Both the position numbers and the translations under genes were made by a program. The notes beneath the pieces were generated by a model. It was not told where the DNA came from. It made no database searches and saw nothing but the letters and a program-made list of their open reading frames with translations. A DNA stretch of 62,097 bases, the filler included, from Nitrospirae bacterium CG2_30_53_67 (GTDB lineage Bacteria > CG2-30-53-67): the NCBI GenBank assembly GCA_001873285.1. It is 3 parts of 3 records of this genome, joined end to end, with 100 filler letters (N's around TTAATTAATTAA, not from the genome) between each part and the next. Parts side by side here need not be neighbours in the genome. Positions count along the whole stretch, not along the records: positions 26,971 to 44,518 come from MNYV01000051.1; 2 more parts are not named here. One strand, 5' to 3'. This document shows, piece after piece, positions 27,978 to 38,257 of the stretch. Every line of letters begins with the position of its first letter. Position 1 is the first letter of the stretch.

Positions 27978-29091
27978 TGGCGTGTAGCTCCTTCCATTCC
28001 GGTGTCAAATAATTCTCCGCAATCCATTTAATGACAGGAACGCAGACAGCGTCACCGAAGCCAAATAGTGCTTGGTTTAACGGAACTGTTATTTTGAAAT
28101 CGTTCGCCCCCATTAGACGCGCGCATTCCCTGGGTGTGAGAAGGCGGACCGCATAGCGTCCTTTGCCCGCTACAAATAAAATCTGGCGGCCGCTTCCGCC
28201 TCTCGGCGTGCGAAGACAGCCCGCGACACCGTCCGTTCTTAACTCTGCCATTGATTTTCCATAACGCACACGTCGAAAGACCGTCCCACAGGAGAGGTCC
28301 TTTCCTGCAATCATCTTATCAGCGATAGAGCGATGTTTTTCACTCATCTGGTTGAGAAGATATTCAGCTCTTTCCTTACTCCACCAATAGACAGAGTTGG
28401 TGGGTAAACGCTCGACAATATCTCGTAAGGTTGTTTTAGCGGCCACGATGGGTGGAAGACTTCGTAAAGACCATCGAATATCGGGATTCCATAAGATAAA
28501 GTCCGCGAGAGCGTGGGGCCGACATTGGGATTGATAGAACGAAGGCGTTTCAGAGATACGGTCAGCCTTGCGTTTCCCGCGCTTTCCGATAAGAAAAAGG
28601 CGTTGTCTACTTTGCGGCACGAATAAAGCGGCGTCAATAATAAAGGCGTCAACCGCGTATCCCAATTCATTCAGCGCAAGGCAAGCGTCTCTGAAATCGT
28701 TTCCATCGTGGGAAGTCAGGAAGCCAGCGACATTCTCCAGCATGACGAGCGGCGGACGCCGGTTCCGCATTCCTTTAAGGGCATCCACGAAACCCCAAAA
28801 TGCGCCGGAGTGTTGACCCGCCAGTCCACGTCGCGCGCCTGCCAACGAGAGGTCATTGCAGGGGAAAGACGCTGTTGCCAGCGCTACGCTTGGAATTTTG
28901 ACAGGGGTCAATTCATGAACATCGCCAAGATGAAAATGAGCAACATCGTCGGTAAAATGGCCGCGATACATCCTCATCTTATCTTCGTCGATGTCATTCG
29001 CCCAGACAACATCCCAGCCGGCTTGCTCAAGACCTAATCGCATGAGTCCTATTCCAGCGAAAAACTCTGCAACTGTTTTTTCATTCTTCAT
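27937..29091 (-). CDS. DNA (cytosine-5)-methyltransferase
   Basis: EFFAGIG (I), SFPCNDLSLAG (IV), LENV (VI), PQSRQRLF (VIII), LTPRECARLMG (IX), FGDAVCVPVI (X). Confidence 0.95.
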   Translation of the reverse strand: MKNEKTVAEFFAGIGLMRLGLEQAGWDVVWANDIDEDKMRMYRGHFTDDVAHFHLGDVHELTPVKIPSVALATASFPCNDLSLAGARRGLAGQHSGAFWGFVDALKGMRNRRPPLVMLENVAGFLTSHDGNDFRDACLALNELGYAVDAFIIDAALFVPQSRQRLFLIGKRGKRKADRISETPSFYQSQCRPHALADFILWNPDIRWSLRSLPPIVAAKTTLRDIVERLPTNSVYWWSKERAEYLLNQMSEKHRSIADKMIAGKDLSCGTVFRRVRYGKSMAELRTDGVAGCLRTPRGGSGRQILFVAGKGRYAVRLLTPRECARLMGANDFKITVPLNQALFGFGDAVCVPVIKWIAENYLTPEWKELHAIEIEQERYAATAI

Positions 29092-29491
29092 ATCCGCCCA
29101 TCGCTTTCCGTAACCGTGTTACAGTTGATGGCTTTGCTACCATATCTTCCCATATTCTGACTACTTTCCAGCCTTCATCTTTGAGCGTGCGAGTTACAAG
29201 CTTGTCGCGCACTATATTGTGGTTTATCTTTTTCAGCCAATATTCACGGTTAGTTTGCGGCACCCGGCATTTTCGTGGATGCCCATGCCAGAAACACCCA
29301 TCGACGAATACAGCAACTTTCCTGCGTGGAAACGCAAAATCGGGTTTGCCAAAAATAGGGTAGCGCCTGCGCCAGCCTACGATTTTAGATTTGCGAAGAA
29401 CGGCGACCAATATCTGTTCCGTTGATCTGTTTCCGACGGATTTGACCTGCGCCATTATCCACGAGCGTTTCTTCGCGCTGAACGTATCCAT
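29081..29491 (-). CDS. vsr: Very short patch repair endonuclease
   Basis: MDTFSAKKRSWIMAQVK, GKPDF, FVDGCFWHG, YWLKKI, GWKVVRIWE. Confidence 0.95.
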   Translation of the reverse strand: MDTFSAKKRSWIMAQVKSVGNRSTEQILVAVLRKSKIVGWRRRYPIFGKPDFAFPRRKVAVFVDGCFWHGHPRKCRVPQTNREYWLKKINHNIVRDKLVTRTLKDEGWKVVRIWEDMVAKPSTVTRLRKAMGGYEE

Positions 29492-29727
29492 GCAATCTTA
29501 AACCTTAAAAGCCATAAACATACTGATAAACTTTATCAGACTCTTTCGGCCATTTCAAGCAATTTGTGGAAGCTTTCTGCGCGGGATTAACAATGTTATT
29601 AAGCGACAAAACGAGTGTAACAGGAATAGGCTTCTTTGTAAAAGAAATTTGACATAACCTAATACATGATTCCCTGTTGTGATAGCCGCCGCAGGCGGTC
29701 CCGGCCCGGCAAGAATATTGAATAGGA

Positions 29728-30138
29728 TTACAGGATCTCCACCTTCATGGCCTTGGGCGGGCAAGTCCCCACGCAGAGTTCACAGACGATGCACTTCTCA
29801 GGGTCGAAGCTCACAATCATGGTCTTTCTGTCGATGGAGATGGCTTCGCTTGGACAGACTGCCGTGCAGGCGCTGCACTGATAGCACCGGTCTTCAACCT
29901 TGTAAACCCGCTTCTTGAGGTCCAGTACCTCCACGCCCGAGTCTTTGAGAAACTTGATCCCTTTCTTGTAGTTCTTGCTATCCCCATCGATTTCAAGAAC
30001 CATCTCCCCTTCCTCATCCGGGAGGATATTCGCCTTCAGGATGTTGAAGCTCAGGTCAAAATCCTTGACCAGCCTGTAAACAATCGGCTTGCTGATTAAA
30101 TTATTGGAGAATCTTAACAGAACTTTCTTGTATGCCAT
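29728..30138 (-). CDS. NIL domain + 2x[4Fe-4S] ferredoxin (MA1822-like)
   Basis: KPIVYRLVKDFDLSFNILKA NIL domain; CYQCSACTAVCP and CIVCELCVGTCP; start MAYKK behind AGGAG. Confidence 0.88.
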   Translation of the reverse strand: MAYKKVLLRFSNNLISKPIVYRLVKDFDLSFNILKANILPDEEGEMVLEIDGDSKNYKKGIKFLKDSGVEVLDLKKRVYKVEDRCYQCSACTAVCPSEAISIDRKTMIVSFDPEKCIVCELCVGTCPPKAMKVEIL

Positions 30139-30170
30139 AGCTGATGAACTCCTTTCCAAAAATAAATTTT

Positions 30171-30323
30171 GATGGACTCGTAAAAAGTCCACAAGTGGGA
30201 CGGCACAGTAAAAAGATCCGGATGCAAGGCGCGCGAATTCTGAGGAATGAGGCGTATTAGAGATACGCTGCAATGACGAAGAATGAAGCGCAACGCCGCA
30301 GACGGACTTTTTACGAAGCCGTC
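30171..30323. mobile_element. MITE family C with 6-bp target duplication
   Basis: TIRs GATGGACTCGTAAAAAGTCC / GGACTTTTTACGAAGCCGTC; AATTTT on both flanks (30165-30170, 30324-30329). Confidence 0.8.
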
Positions 30324-30327
30324 AATT

Positions 30328-31254
30328 TTATTTTGTATACATATCCGTACTCAGGTAACGCTCCCCGGTATCCGGAAAGATCACCACGACGGTCTTTCCC
30401 GGCCCGAGTTCCCTGGCGACTTCAAGCGCGGCAAAAAATGCCGCACCCGAGGAAATCCCGCAAAGGATCCCTTCCTGCCTGGCCAGATCCCGTGCCGCGG
30501 CTGCCGCATCCTCACCGCTCACCCGAACAATCTGATCAACGATCTCCATGTTCAGGACATCCGGAACAAATCCGGCGCCGATCCCCTGGATCTTGTGCGG
30601 TCCGGCTTTACCTCCGGACAGGACCGGGGATTCCCTGGGCTCAACAGCCACGATCCTGATGCCCGGATTTTTGTTCTTCAGGACCTCGCCCACACCGGTG
30701 ACCGTCCCACCGGTCCCCACTCCTGCAACAAAGGCATGGAAATCAAAACCGGCCTGCCTGATAATTTCCTGCGCCGTGGTCTTCCTATGCACCTCCGGAT
30801 TGGCGGGGTTCTTGAACTGCTGGGGCATAAAATACCCCGGATTCTTTTCGACCATCTCTTCAGCCTTGCGTATGGCCCCTCTCATCCCTTCATCTCCCGG
30901 CGTCAGCACCACCTCGGCGCCGTAGGCCCGCAAGAGGGTTCTTCGCTCGAGGCTCATGGTCTCCGGCATGGTAAAGATGGCCCGATACCCCTTGACCGCA
31001 GCAACAAAAGCCAAGCCGATCCCCGTATTGCCGCTGGTCGGTTCGACGATAACCCCTCCGGGTCTAAGCTTTCCTTCCCGTTCCGCGGCCTCGATCATGC
31101 TCAGGCAGATCCTGTCCTTGACACTGCCGCCGGGATTGAAGGACTCGAGCTTGGCCCAGATGACGGCCTCTTCCTGCCCGGCCAGCCGTTGTATCCGGAC
31201 CATGGGGGTATTCCCGATCAGGCCGGTAATCCATTCCACTCTATCCCTGTTCAT
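30328..31254 (-). CDS. cysK: Cysteine synthase A
   Basis: [57 protein letters not shown]; start could be 31269. Confidence 0.95.
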   Translation of the reverse strand: MNRDRVEWITGLIGNTPMVRIQRLAGQEEAVIWAKLESFNPGGSVKDRICLSMIEAAEREGKLRPGGVIVEPTSGNTGIGLAFVAAVKGYRAIFTMPETMSLERRTLLRAYGAEVVLTPGDEGMRGAIRKAEEMVEKNPGYFMPQQFKNPANPEVHRKTTAQEIIRQAGFDFHAFVAGVGTGGTVTGVGEVLKNKNPGIRIVAVEPRESPVLSGGKAGPHKIQGIGAGFVPDVLNMEIVDQIVRVSGEDAAAAARDLARQEGILCGISSGAAFFAALEVARELGPGKTVVVIFPDTGERYLSTDMYTK

Positions 31255-31294
31255 GTTGCTTCCATTCATCAGAACGGTTAAAGCTCTCTTTTCC

Positions 31295-32515
31295 CTATTT
31301 GTCCCAGGGTCTCTCCTTGAGCATTTTGAACGAGGCGCCGGAATCCGCCGAAGGGATCAGGTTCTGGGGTTCACCGAGCAGGAACTTTCCTTTGAGGATC
31401 CAGTCCTTGAGCGTCTCTGCGATCTTCACCGCCTTGGGGTAGCTCGAAAGAGAAGATGTCTTGACTTCCTTCCCCTGGATCATGATCTGACCGGACTTGA
31501 GTTCTTTGTAATTGACTTCTCCATAGCTCTTGGCGATGCCCTGCGGGTAATCTGCGCCGTAGTCCACAATCTGGGTATAGATCTGTTCATCTGATACGCC
31601 GGTGGTCCGGGCCAGGTCCTCGTCCAGGATCGGTATGGGAATACCAAGTCCCAACGAGAGAGAGACCCCATAACCCTGTAAGCTGACCCCTTTGACATAT
31701 TCCGTGCTCATGCCCCGAAGGTCCCCATAGGTGGCGATGGTCCCGGCAGGCGCGCGCACGACCCCATTCTCCCCCCGTTTAACCGAAGGGTTGTGCTGAG
31801 TCCCCGGCGAGACCACGTATCCGATCCCCCCGCCCATGAATATCCGCGTCCCAATGCCGATGGTGCGGTAAAAAGGATCGTTCAGCAGAGGGGACAACTG
31901 GCCTGCGCTGCAGTAGTTGGCGTTTCCAAGATTGGGCCTGAGTCCTCCCATATAGGTGTAGATCATTCGGCTTCCGAGGTTCACGGCGCAGTTGTAATTC
32001 TGGTAGGCATTCCTTGGATTGAAAAGGTAACATTCATTCAGATCCTTGATGTTGATCAGGGAATATAAATCCTTTCTGGGATAGCAGTCGGTCCCGTAGG
32101 CCAAGGCCTTGAGCTGGATGTCCTTCCCTGCGATCAGGTCCTCAATCACATGCCCTCCGCCATAGGGGAACTGTCCCGGGTAGACCCGGTTCTCCGGGTC
32201 GTCTTCCGCAAGTTCGGTGGCGCCGATGTAGAGGTCTACGGCTGCAAGGCCGCCATAGGCATTCACCCCGTTGAGCCAGGCGCTCTTGACTTTAATCTTG
32301 GGTTTGGAATGCCCGAAGTTCAAGAATGCCCCCGAAGAGCACATGGGACCGAATGTGCCGGTGGTGACCACATCCACCTTTCCGGCAGCGGCCACCGGGC
32401 CGTTCTTGTCCACGATGTCGATCATCTCCTCCGCGGTCACGACGACCGCCTCACCCTTTTTAATCCGGGCATTGATCTCGGCATATGTCTTTTTGACTTT
32501 GGTTTCTTTTTCCAT
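31295..32515 (-). CDS. Homocysteine biosynthesis protein (DUF39, MA1821-like aspartate-semialdehyde sulfurtransferase), no CBS domains
   Basis: [71 protein letters not shown]-ferredoxin partner in the same operon. Confidence 0.88.
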   Translation of the reverse strand: MEKETKVKKTYAEINARIKKGEAVVVTAEEMIDIVDKNGPVAAAGKVDVVTTGTFGPMCSSGAFLNFGHSKPKIKVKSAWLNGVNAYGGLAAVDLYIGATELAEDDPENRVYPGQFPYGGGHVIEDLIAGKDIQLKALAYGTDCYPRKDLYSLINIKDLNECYLFNPRNAYQNYNCAVNLGSRMIYTYMGGLRPNLGNANYCSAGQLSPLLNDPFYRTIGIGTRIFMGGGIGYVVSPGTQHNPSVKRGENGVVRAPAGTIATYGDLRGMSTEYVKGVSLQGYGVSLSLGLGIPIPILDEDLARTTGVSDEQIYTQIVDYGADYPQGIAKSYGEVNYKELKSGQIMIQGKEVKTSSLSSYPKAVKIAETLKDWILKGKFLLGEPQNLIPSADSGASFKMLKERPWDK

Positions 32516-32526
32516 CCTCTTTCTCC

Positions 32527-32988
32527 TCAAATGTTGTACATCAACGATTTTTCTTCCTTATTCAGTCCCATTTGATCTGCCCGCCGGCAGAGGTCGGAAA
32601 TGGCGATGGAATCAAAATACCGGCTGATCATCGTGCCGGCCTCGTCCCAAACCATCCGGGTCACGCACTGGTCCATATATTTACAGGCCGAGCCGTCTTT
32701 TTCCATGGTCGTGCAGGGAACCGGCTCAACCGGGCCTTCAAGGACACGGATGATATGGCCGACCGTAATCTTATCCGGGGAACGGGTGAGCAAATACCCC
32801 CCCTTGGGCCCCCGGGTGCTCTCGATGATCCCCGCCTTTTTCAAGGAATAGAAGATCTGCTCCAGGAACCGCCTTGAGATCCCCTGTCTCCTGGAGATCT
32901 CCCGGATCTGTACCGTCCTCCCTGGGGAATAATAGGCCATATCAAAAAGCGCCCGGACTCCATATTGACTTCGGTTTGAAAGTTTCAT
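32527..32988 (-). CDS. Rrf2 family regulator with three Cys (IscR-like)
   Basis: YGVRAL, FLEQIF, STRGPKGGYLL; C-x9-C-x5-C. Confidence 0.93.
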   Translation of the reverse strand: MKLSNRSQYGVRALFDMAYYSPGRTVQIREISRRQGISRRFLEQIFYSLKKAGIIESTRGPKGGYLLTRSPDKITVGHIIRVLEGPVEPVPCTTMEKDGSACKYMDQCVTRMVWDEAGTMISRYFDSIAISDLCRRADQMGLNKEEKSLMYNI

Positions 32989-33039
32989 AAATTCTCAACT
33001 ACAATCTTTACCAAAAGAATGGGGTTCAGGATAAATAAT

Positions 33040-33064
33040 ATACTTTATTGATAAAGTCAAGTTT
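33040..33064 (-). promoter_or_regulatory. IscR type-1-like operator overlapping a TTGACT -35-like hexamer
   Basis: AAACTTGACTTTATCAATAAAGTAT matches 21/25 positions of the recalled consensus ATASYYGACTRWWWYAGTCRRSTAT (hand count). Confidence 0.65.
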
Positions 33065-33227
33065 TTTTGCTTTTTCCTGAATAGGGGAACTTTTAAAAAT
33101 CATTGGATGGAATAGGGCGCATGGAGAATGCATCTTGAAAATAGGCGTAAGAAAAGACAAAAAGGCAAAAAGGTTCCGGTTTTTTAAAGAAAATTCATTA
33201 AAAGCTCACATTTACATAAAAACAAGC

Positions 33228-33256
33228 TTGACAAAAATATGATATCTAATTATAGT
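33228..33256 (+). promoter_or_regulatory. sigma70 promoter of rpsU
   Basis: TTGACA-17 bp-TATAGT. Confidence 0.75.
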
Positions 33257-33309
33257 TAATATTTAGTTTTTTTAAACTTATTTTATATATGGAGGGAGGG
33301 GAAAAATGA

Positions 33310-33510
33310 ATGCTTGGCATCAAAATCAGAGAAGGCGAATCTTTTGAAGGGGCGTTGAGGCGGTTCAAGAAAATGTGCGAAAAATCAGGGCTCTTGTCTG
33401 AAATCCGCAAGCGCGAACATTATGAAAAGCCCTCCATAAGAAAAAAGAGAAAAACACTCGCGGCTCAGAAAAAGGCGCTGAAAATTCAAAAATATTCTGC
33501 AAGCAAATAG
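33310..33510 (+). CDS. rpsU: 30S ribosomal protein S21
   Basis: [12 protein letters not shown]...[12 protein letters not shown]. Confidence 0.97.
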   Translation: MLGIKIREGESFEGALRRFKKMCEKSGLLSEIRKREHYEKPSIRKKRKTLAAQKKALKIQKYSASK

Positions 33511-33525
33511 CAACAAAGGAGCAGG

Positions 33526-33969
33526 ATGGGCCTTAAGGCGAAACTGGAAGCGGACATGAAGTCTGCAATGAAAACAGGCGACAAAGAGAGGCTTTCAGTC
33601 ATCCGTATGATTCTCTCTGAAATCAAGAACCAGGAGATCAAAACGGGAGGGGCCTTACAGGAAAACGAGATCACCGCCCTTCTTTCAAGAACCGTTAAGA
33701 GGCACAAGGAGTCCATTTCTCAATTCCAGATCGGGAAAAGGGAGGATCTGGTTCAAAAAGAGACCAAAGAACTGGGTATGGTTCTTGAATATCTCCCCCC
33801 TCCATTATCCGTCGAGGAGCTAAGAGAGATCATCAAAAAGGTCATCGCTGAGACCGGCGCCGGCTCGATGAAAGAAATGGGCGCCGTCATGAAGAAAGTC
33901 ATGGCCGAGGCCGCCGGAAGAGCCGATGGGAAACAGGTGCAGCAGTTGGTACAGAAAAGTTTATCGTGA
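33526..33969 (+). CDS. GatB/YqeY domain protein
   Basis: DMKSAMK, YLPPPLS, MKEMGAVMK, GRADGK; after rpsU. Confidence 0.93.
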   Translation: MGLKAKLEADMKSAMKTGDKERLSVIRMILSEIKNQEIKTGGALQENEITALLSRTVKRHKESISQFQIGKREDLVQKETKELGMVLEYLPPPLSVEELREIIKKVIAETGAGSMKEMGAVMKKVMAEAAGRADGKQVQQLVQKSLS

Positions 33970-33998
33970 AAGAGGGCCGCTAAGCCGGCCCTCTTTTT
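33969..33998 (+). terminator. Intrinsic terminator
   Basis: AAAGAGGGCCG-loop-CGGCCCTCTTTTT. Confidence 0.7.
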
Positions 33999-34106
33999 CG
34001 TAAACCCGTTTAACGCCGTTCCCAAGGAATGCGGCATTCCGGTGTAACGGGTTCAAAGCTGCGCCTCCTTCGACAAGGATTCGGAGAAGGGGCCGGGATC
34101 TCCCAA

Positions 34107-36449
34107 ATGGATAGACAGATCCTTCGGATCCTGGAATTTGACCGGGTTCAGAATATTCTCAAAAGATACGCTCAATCCCCTTTTGGCCAATCCGAGATTG
34201 AAAGTCTTACGGTACAACATGATCCTGTTCAGGTACAGTATCTCCTTCATTGCGTTGCCGAAATGATATCCTTGGTTAAGAAACGCGGCAGACCGTCCAT
34301 TCAGGGACTGTCCGATATCCGCCCCTTCTTGAAAGAGGCCCATGCCGAGGGGTATTTGCTTCAACCCGACGCCCTGATTTCCATACGCCGGGTGATCCGG
34401 ACCGTTCAGGGGCTCAAAAGATTCATCAAAAAAGAGGCCGGCGTTTTCCCGCTCCTTGAGGCGGAGATCGGCCGGATTGATCCCCTGTTTGAACTTGGGG
34501 AGGCCATAGATCGGAGCGTTGACGAAAAAGGAGAAATCAAGGATTCCGCCAGTACGGTTTTGGCCGGCATCCGCCGAAGGATCCGGCAGCAGAAAGAGTC
34601 AGTTAAACTCAGACTGGATGCCATACTCTCCTCGGATGCCTTGAAGACCGTTGTCCAGGAGAGGCTGGTTACCCTGAGGAATAACCGATATGTTATTCCC
34701 CTCAAGTCTGATTTCTCATCGAAGATCCAGGGGATCATTCATGACCAGTCAGCAAGCGGGATGACCGTCTTTGTGGAGCCCTCGGAAACCGTGGAGATGA
34801 ACAACCATCTTTCACGCCTTGTTTCCGAGGAGTTGAAAGAAGTCCACCGGATTCTTTTAGAAATCAGCGATCAGGTGCGCGCAGGATGGGAATCGCTTTG
34901 GAAAGACATCTCGGTCCTGGCGCACGTTGATCTCCATTTATGCAAAGCGCTTTTTGCCGAGGACTACCACGCGGTGATCCCCGTCATCTTGGCTGAGAAA
35001 AAGATTGATTTCAAGGGCGCCCGGCACCCCCTCCTTCAGGAAAGAAGGCAGGGGGCCGTCAATGAGATCGTGCCGGTTGACCTTCAGATTGGAGAGGGAT
35101 ACAGGACCCTGATGATTACAGGCCCCAATATGGGGGGCAAAACCGTGGCCCTGAAAACCTTGGGGATTCTGGTCCTCATGGCCCAGGCCGGTATCCCCAT
35201 TCCGGCTGCGGAGGGAAGCTCCATGGGGGTCTTTCGGGACGTCTTCGCGGATATCGGGGATGAACAGAGTATTCAGGAAGAGATGAGCACCTTTTCCTCT
35301 CATATCAAGAACATGGTTCGAATCCTCGAAGCGTCCGGCGCTTTATCCCTGGTTTTGCTCGATGAACTGGGAACGGGGACGGACCCGAAAGAAGGGGCCG
35401 CTCTCGGCATCGCCATCCTTGAAGCGCTGTCTCTCAAGGAGGCCCTGACGGCGGCCACCACGCATTACGAGGAGATTAAGCAATACGCCTATATGACCCA
35501 GGGGATGATGAATGCCTCTGTGTCATATGACGCGGAACGAATGCGGCCGGCATATACGCTTGAGTACGGCCGTCTGGGAACCAGTCACGCCTTCGAGATT
35601 TCTGAAAAGATCGGGATGCCGAAGGAGATCCTGGACCGGGCCAGGGAGAAGATCCCAGCCATGGACCGGAACACGGCCCATCTGATCGAAGAGTTGGAGC
35701 AGAAGATTCGGGATAACGAGGCGGTCCGGCACGAATGGGATAGGAAGAAAGAAGAGATGGATAGGGAGATTTCCGCCGTTGAGAATCAGAAAATAGCGGC
35801 TCTCAAGGAAGCGCATCAGTTCCTGAATGAGGCCATGTCGCTGGCCGCCCGGACTAAAACAAGGTCGAAAAGGCTTCTCAAGATTGCAGAGCATGGAAAC
35901 CGGATACGTTTCGAGGAGGAGATAAAAAAGATCGAGCAGGAACTGAAACCCTCGAATCCGATCCCTTTCCCCTCTCAGCCGGTGGAACTTGCAAGCATTC
36001 AACCCGGGCTTGAGGTCGAAATCATGGGCACCGGCAGAAAAGGGGTGGTCATGAACGGCCCGGATAAAAAAAAGCGGATCGAGGTCTTTTGCAACGGCCT
36101 TCGGGTCCAGGTTTCGGCTGATCAGGTGCAACTCGTATCCCAAGGCACTCAGGAAAGGCGTCCCATGGTGACCGTGGCGACGGACGCGGGGTCCCATAAG
36201 GAGGTTTCTCCCAGCATCAATCTCATCGGTCTGAGGGTGGAAGAGGCCGTGAAAAGAACCGAAAAATACCTGGATGACGCTCACCTTGGGAACCTCCGCA
36301 TGGTGCAGATCATTCATGGGATCGGGACCGGCGCCCTTCGGGACGCCGTTGCAAAGACCTTGATGTCGCACCCGCTTGTGGCCGATTTTCGGAGCGGCCA
36401 GATGGAGGAAGGAGGGCCGGGGGTCACCCTGGTCGAACTGATTTCATGA
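34107..36449 (+). CDS. mutS2: MutS2 with C-terminal Smr domain
   Basis: LEFDRV, IHDQSASGMT, ITGPNMGGKT, LLDELGTGTDP, IIHGIGTGALR. Confidence 0.94.
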   Translation: MDRQILRILEFDRVQNILKRYAQSPFGQSEIESLTVQHDPVQVQYLLHCVAEMISLVKKRGRPSIQGLSDIRPFLKEAHAEGYLLQPDALISIRRVIRTVQGLKRFIKKEAGVFPLLEAEIGRIDPLFELGEAIDRSVDEKGEIKDSASTVLAGIRRRIRQQKESVKLRLDAILSSDALKTVVQERLVTLRNNRYVIPLKSDFSSKIQGIIHDQSASGMTVFVEPSETVEMNNHLSRLVSEELKEVHRILLEISDQVRAGWESLWKDISVLAHVDLHLCKALFAEDYHAVIPVILAEKKIDFKGARHPLLQERRQGAVNEIVPVDLQIGEGYRTLMITGPNMGGKTVALKTLGILVLMAQAGIPIPAAEGSSMGVFRDVFADIGDEQSIQEEMSTFSSHIKNMVRILEASGALSLVLLDELGTGTDPKEGAALGIAILEALSLKEALTAATTHYEEIKQYAYMTQGMMNASVSYDAERMRPAYTLEYGRLGTSHAFEISEKIGMPKEILDRAREKIPAMDRNTAHLIEELEQKIRDNEAVRHEWDRKKEEMDREISAVENQKIAALKEAHQFLNEAMSLAARTKTRSKRLLKIAEHGNRIRFEEEIKKIEQELKPSNPIPFPSQPVELASIQPGLEVEIMGTGRKGVVMNGPDKKKRIEVFCNGLRVQVSADQVQLVSQGTQERRPMVTVATDAGSHKEVSPSINLIGLRVEEAVKRTEKYLDDAHLGNLRMVQIIHGIGTGALRDAVAKTLMSHPLVADFRSGQMEEGGPGVTLVELIS

Positions 36450-36463
36450 AAGCAGTCAGAAAC

Positions 36464-38257
36464 ATGTTTTTCCCGGAAGAATTTATCAACCAGGTCAGGG
36501 AAGAGAGTGACATCGTGGACGTGATCTCCAATTATGTCTCCCTTAAAAGAGGGGGGAGCAATTATAAAGGTCTCTGTCCCTTTCACTCGGAGAAAACGCC
36601 CTCTTTTATGGTCAACCCCTCCAAGCAGATCTTTCATTGTTTCGGCTGCGGGGAGGGGGGGAACGTCTTTCATTTCCTGATGAAACATGAAAATATGGGG
36701 TTCCCGGATGCGGTACGCGCCCTGGCTGAACGCTGTGGAAGGCCGGTTCCTGAAATCGAGCGTACCCCCGAAGACCTGGCTCAGCAGAAAATAAAGGATC
36801 GGATTTTTGAGATCAACAAGGCGGCTGCATCATTCTTTTTTGAGACCGGAAGGAAAACCAGCCTGGCCTTGTCCTACCTGAAGAGTCGTGGAATCACCGA
36901 GGAGACCCTGTCGCTCTTTAAGATCGGATATGCGCCGGATTCCTGGGATGCCCTGACCCTGCATTTGAAGGGGCTCGGTTTCAATGAAAAGGATATAGAA
37001 CTGGCCGGATTGGCTCTGAAAAAGAAAAGCGGAGACGGCTTGTATGACCGGTTCCGTAACCGGGTCATTTTCCCCATCGTAGACATCTACGCAAGGGTCC
37101 TTGGTTTCGGCGGGCGGGTCCTTGACGATTCCACCCCCAAGTACCTTAATTCTCCGGAGACGCCGGTCTTTGACAAAGGGTCCAGCCTGTATGGTTTGAA
37201 CCTCTCTTACGAGGCGATCCGAAAGCAGGAATATGCCATCCTGGTTGAGGGATATATGGACGTCATCACGACCTACCAGAACGACATCCACAACATCGTC
37301 GCTACGCTTGGGACCTCCCTGACCCGGTGGCATGTCCGTAAGCTGCAACGGTATACCCGGAACCTGGCCTTGTTTTTCGACTCGGACGATGCCGGAGTCA
37401 AGGCCGCCAAACGATCTTTTGACATCTGCGTCCCCGAGGGAATGAAAATGAAGGTCGTCACCCTTGTCCAGGGTGAGGACCCGGACAGTTTTCTTGGGAA
37501 GTACGGCAAAAACGGATTTAAAGATCGGATGGCAGAGGCCAAACCCATTATGGATTTCATGATCGAACATACCCTGAAAGAGATGCCGCAGAAGACCCTA
37601 AACGAGAAGGTGTCGGTGGCCGAACGGCTGATCCCTCTTCTTTCCATGATTTCAAACCCCATTGAGCAGGAACTTTATACGAATCAGGTTGCCTCTTTGC
37701 TCAGGATCGATCCCGGAACCATAAGGGCTTCCATCCGTTCCGGGGCCGCAAAGCTGCGGGGCAAGGAGGACCCTTCAAAAAAGGAGGGGACAAAACCCGG
37801 GAAGGAGGCCCCGGTCTGGGAAGGAGCCCTGGTCAGTCTCATGATCCATCATCCGGATCTGCTCCAAGAGATCAAGGGGCGGATCGAACCGGGCTATTTC
37901 AGTGACCCGGGTTTACGGTCCGTTGTACAGCGGATCTTTGATTCCCCTGGAGAAAAGCCCGGTCCCGGTACCATCCAGTCTCTGATCCCGGCAGAGGATG
38001 CATCCCTTGCGGGAATGCTTTCGAGATTTTTGATAGAGGATCAGGAGCCAGTGGACCTTCAAGGTCTGATCGACAGGGTTCGTCAGGAACATCTCAAGAG
38101 GATGAAAAAAACGCTTCAGGAAGAGGTTGAAGACGCCGAAAAACAAGGAAGAAGCCGGGAGGCTGCGCAACTTGTTCGGGAAATATCGAACATCTCATTG
38201 GAGGTTTCGACCCTCCAGCAGAGACTCGGTACTGAACGGAGGAATGTAAAAGCATGA
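36464..38257 (+). CDS. dnaG: DNA primase
   Basis: [49 protein letters not shown]; alternative start 36446. Confidence 0.97.
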   Translation: MFFPEEFINQVREESDIVDVISNYVSLKRGGSNYKGLCPFHSEKTPSFMVNPSKQIFHCFGCGEGGNVFHFLMKHENMGFPDAVRALAERCGRPVPEIERTPEDLAQQKIKDRIFEINKAAASFFFETGRKTSLALSYLKSRGITEETLSLFKIGYAPDSWDALTLHLKGLGFNEKDIELAGLALKKKSGDGLYDRFRNRVIFPIVDIYARVLGFGGRVLDDSTPKYLNSPETPVFDKGSSLYGLNLSYEAIRKQEYAILVEGYMDVITTYQNDIHNIVATLGTSLTRWHVRKLQRYTRNLALFFDSDDAGVKAAKRSFDICVPEGMKMKVVTLVQGEDPDSFLGKYGKNGFKDRMAEAKPIMDFMIEHTLKEMPQKTLNEKVSVAERLIPLLSMISNPIEQELYTNQVASLLRIDPGTIRASIRSGAAKLRGKEDPSKKEGTKPGKEAPVWEGALVSLMIHHPDLLQEIKGRIEPGYFSDPGLRSVVQRIFDSPGEKPGPGTIQSLIPAEDASLAGMLSRFLIEDQEPVDLQGLIDRVRQEHLKRMKKTLQEEVEDAEKQGRSREAAQLVREISNISLEVSTLQQRLGTERRNVKA

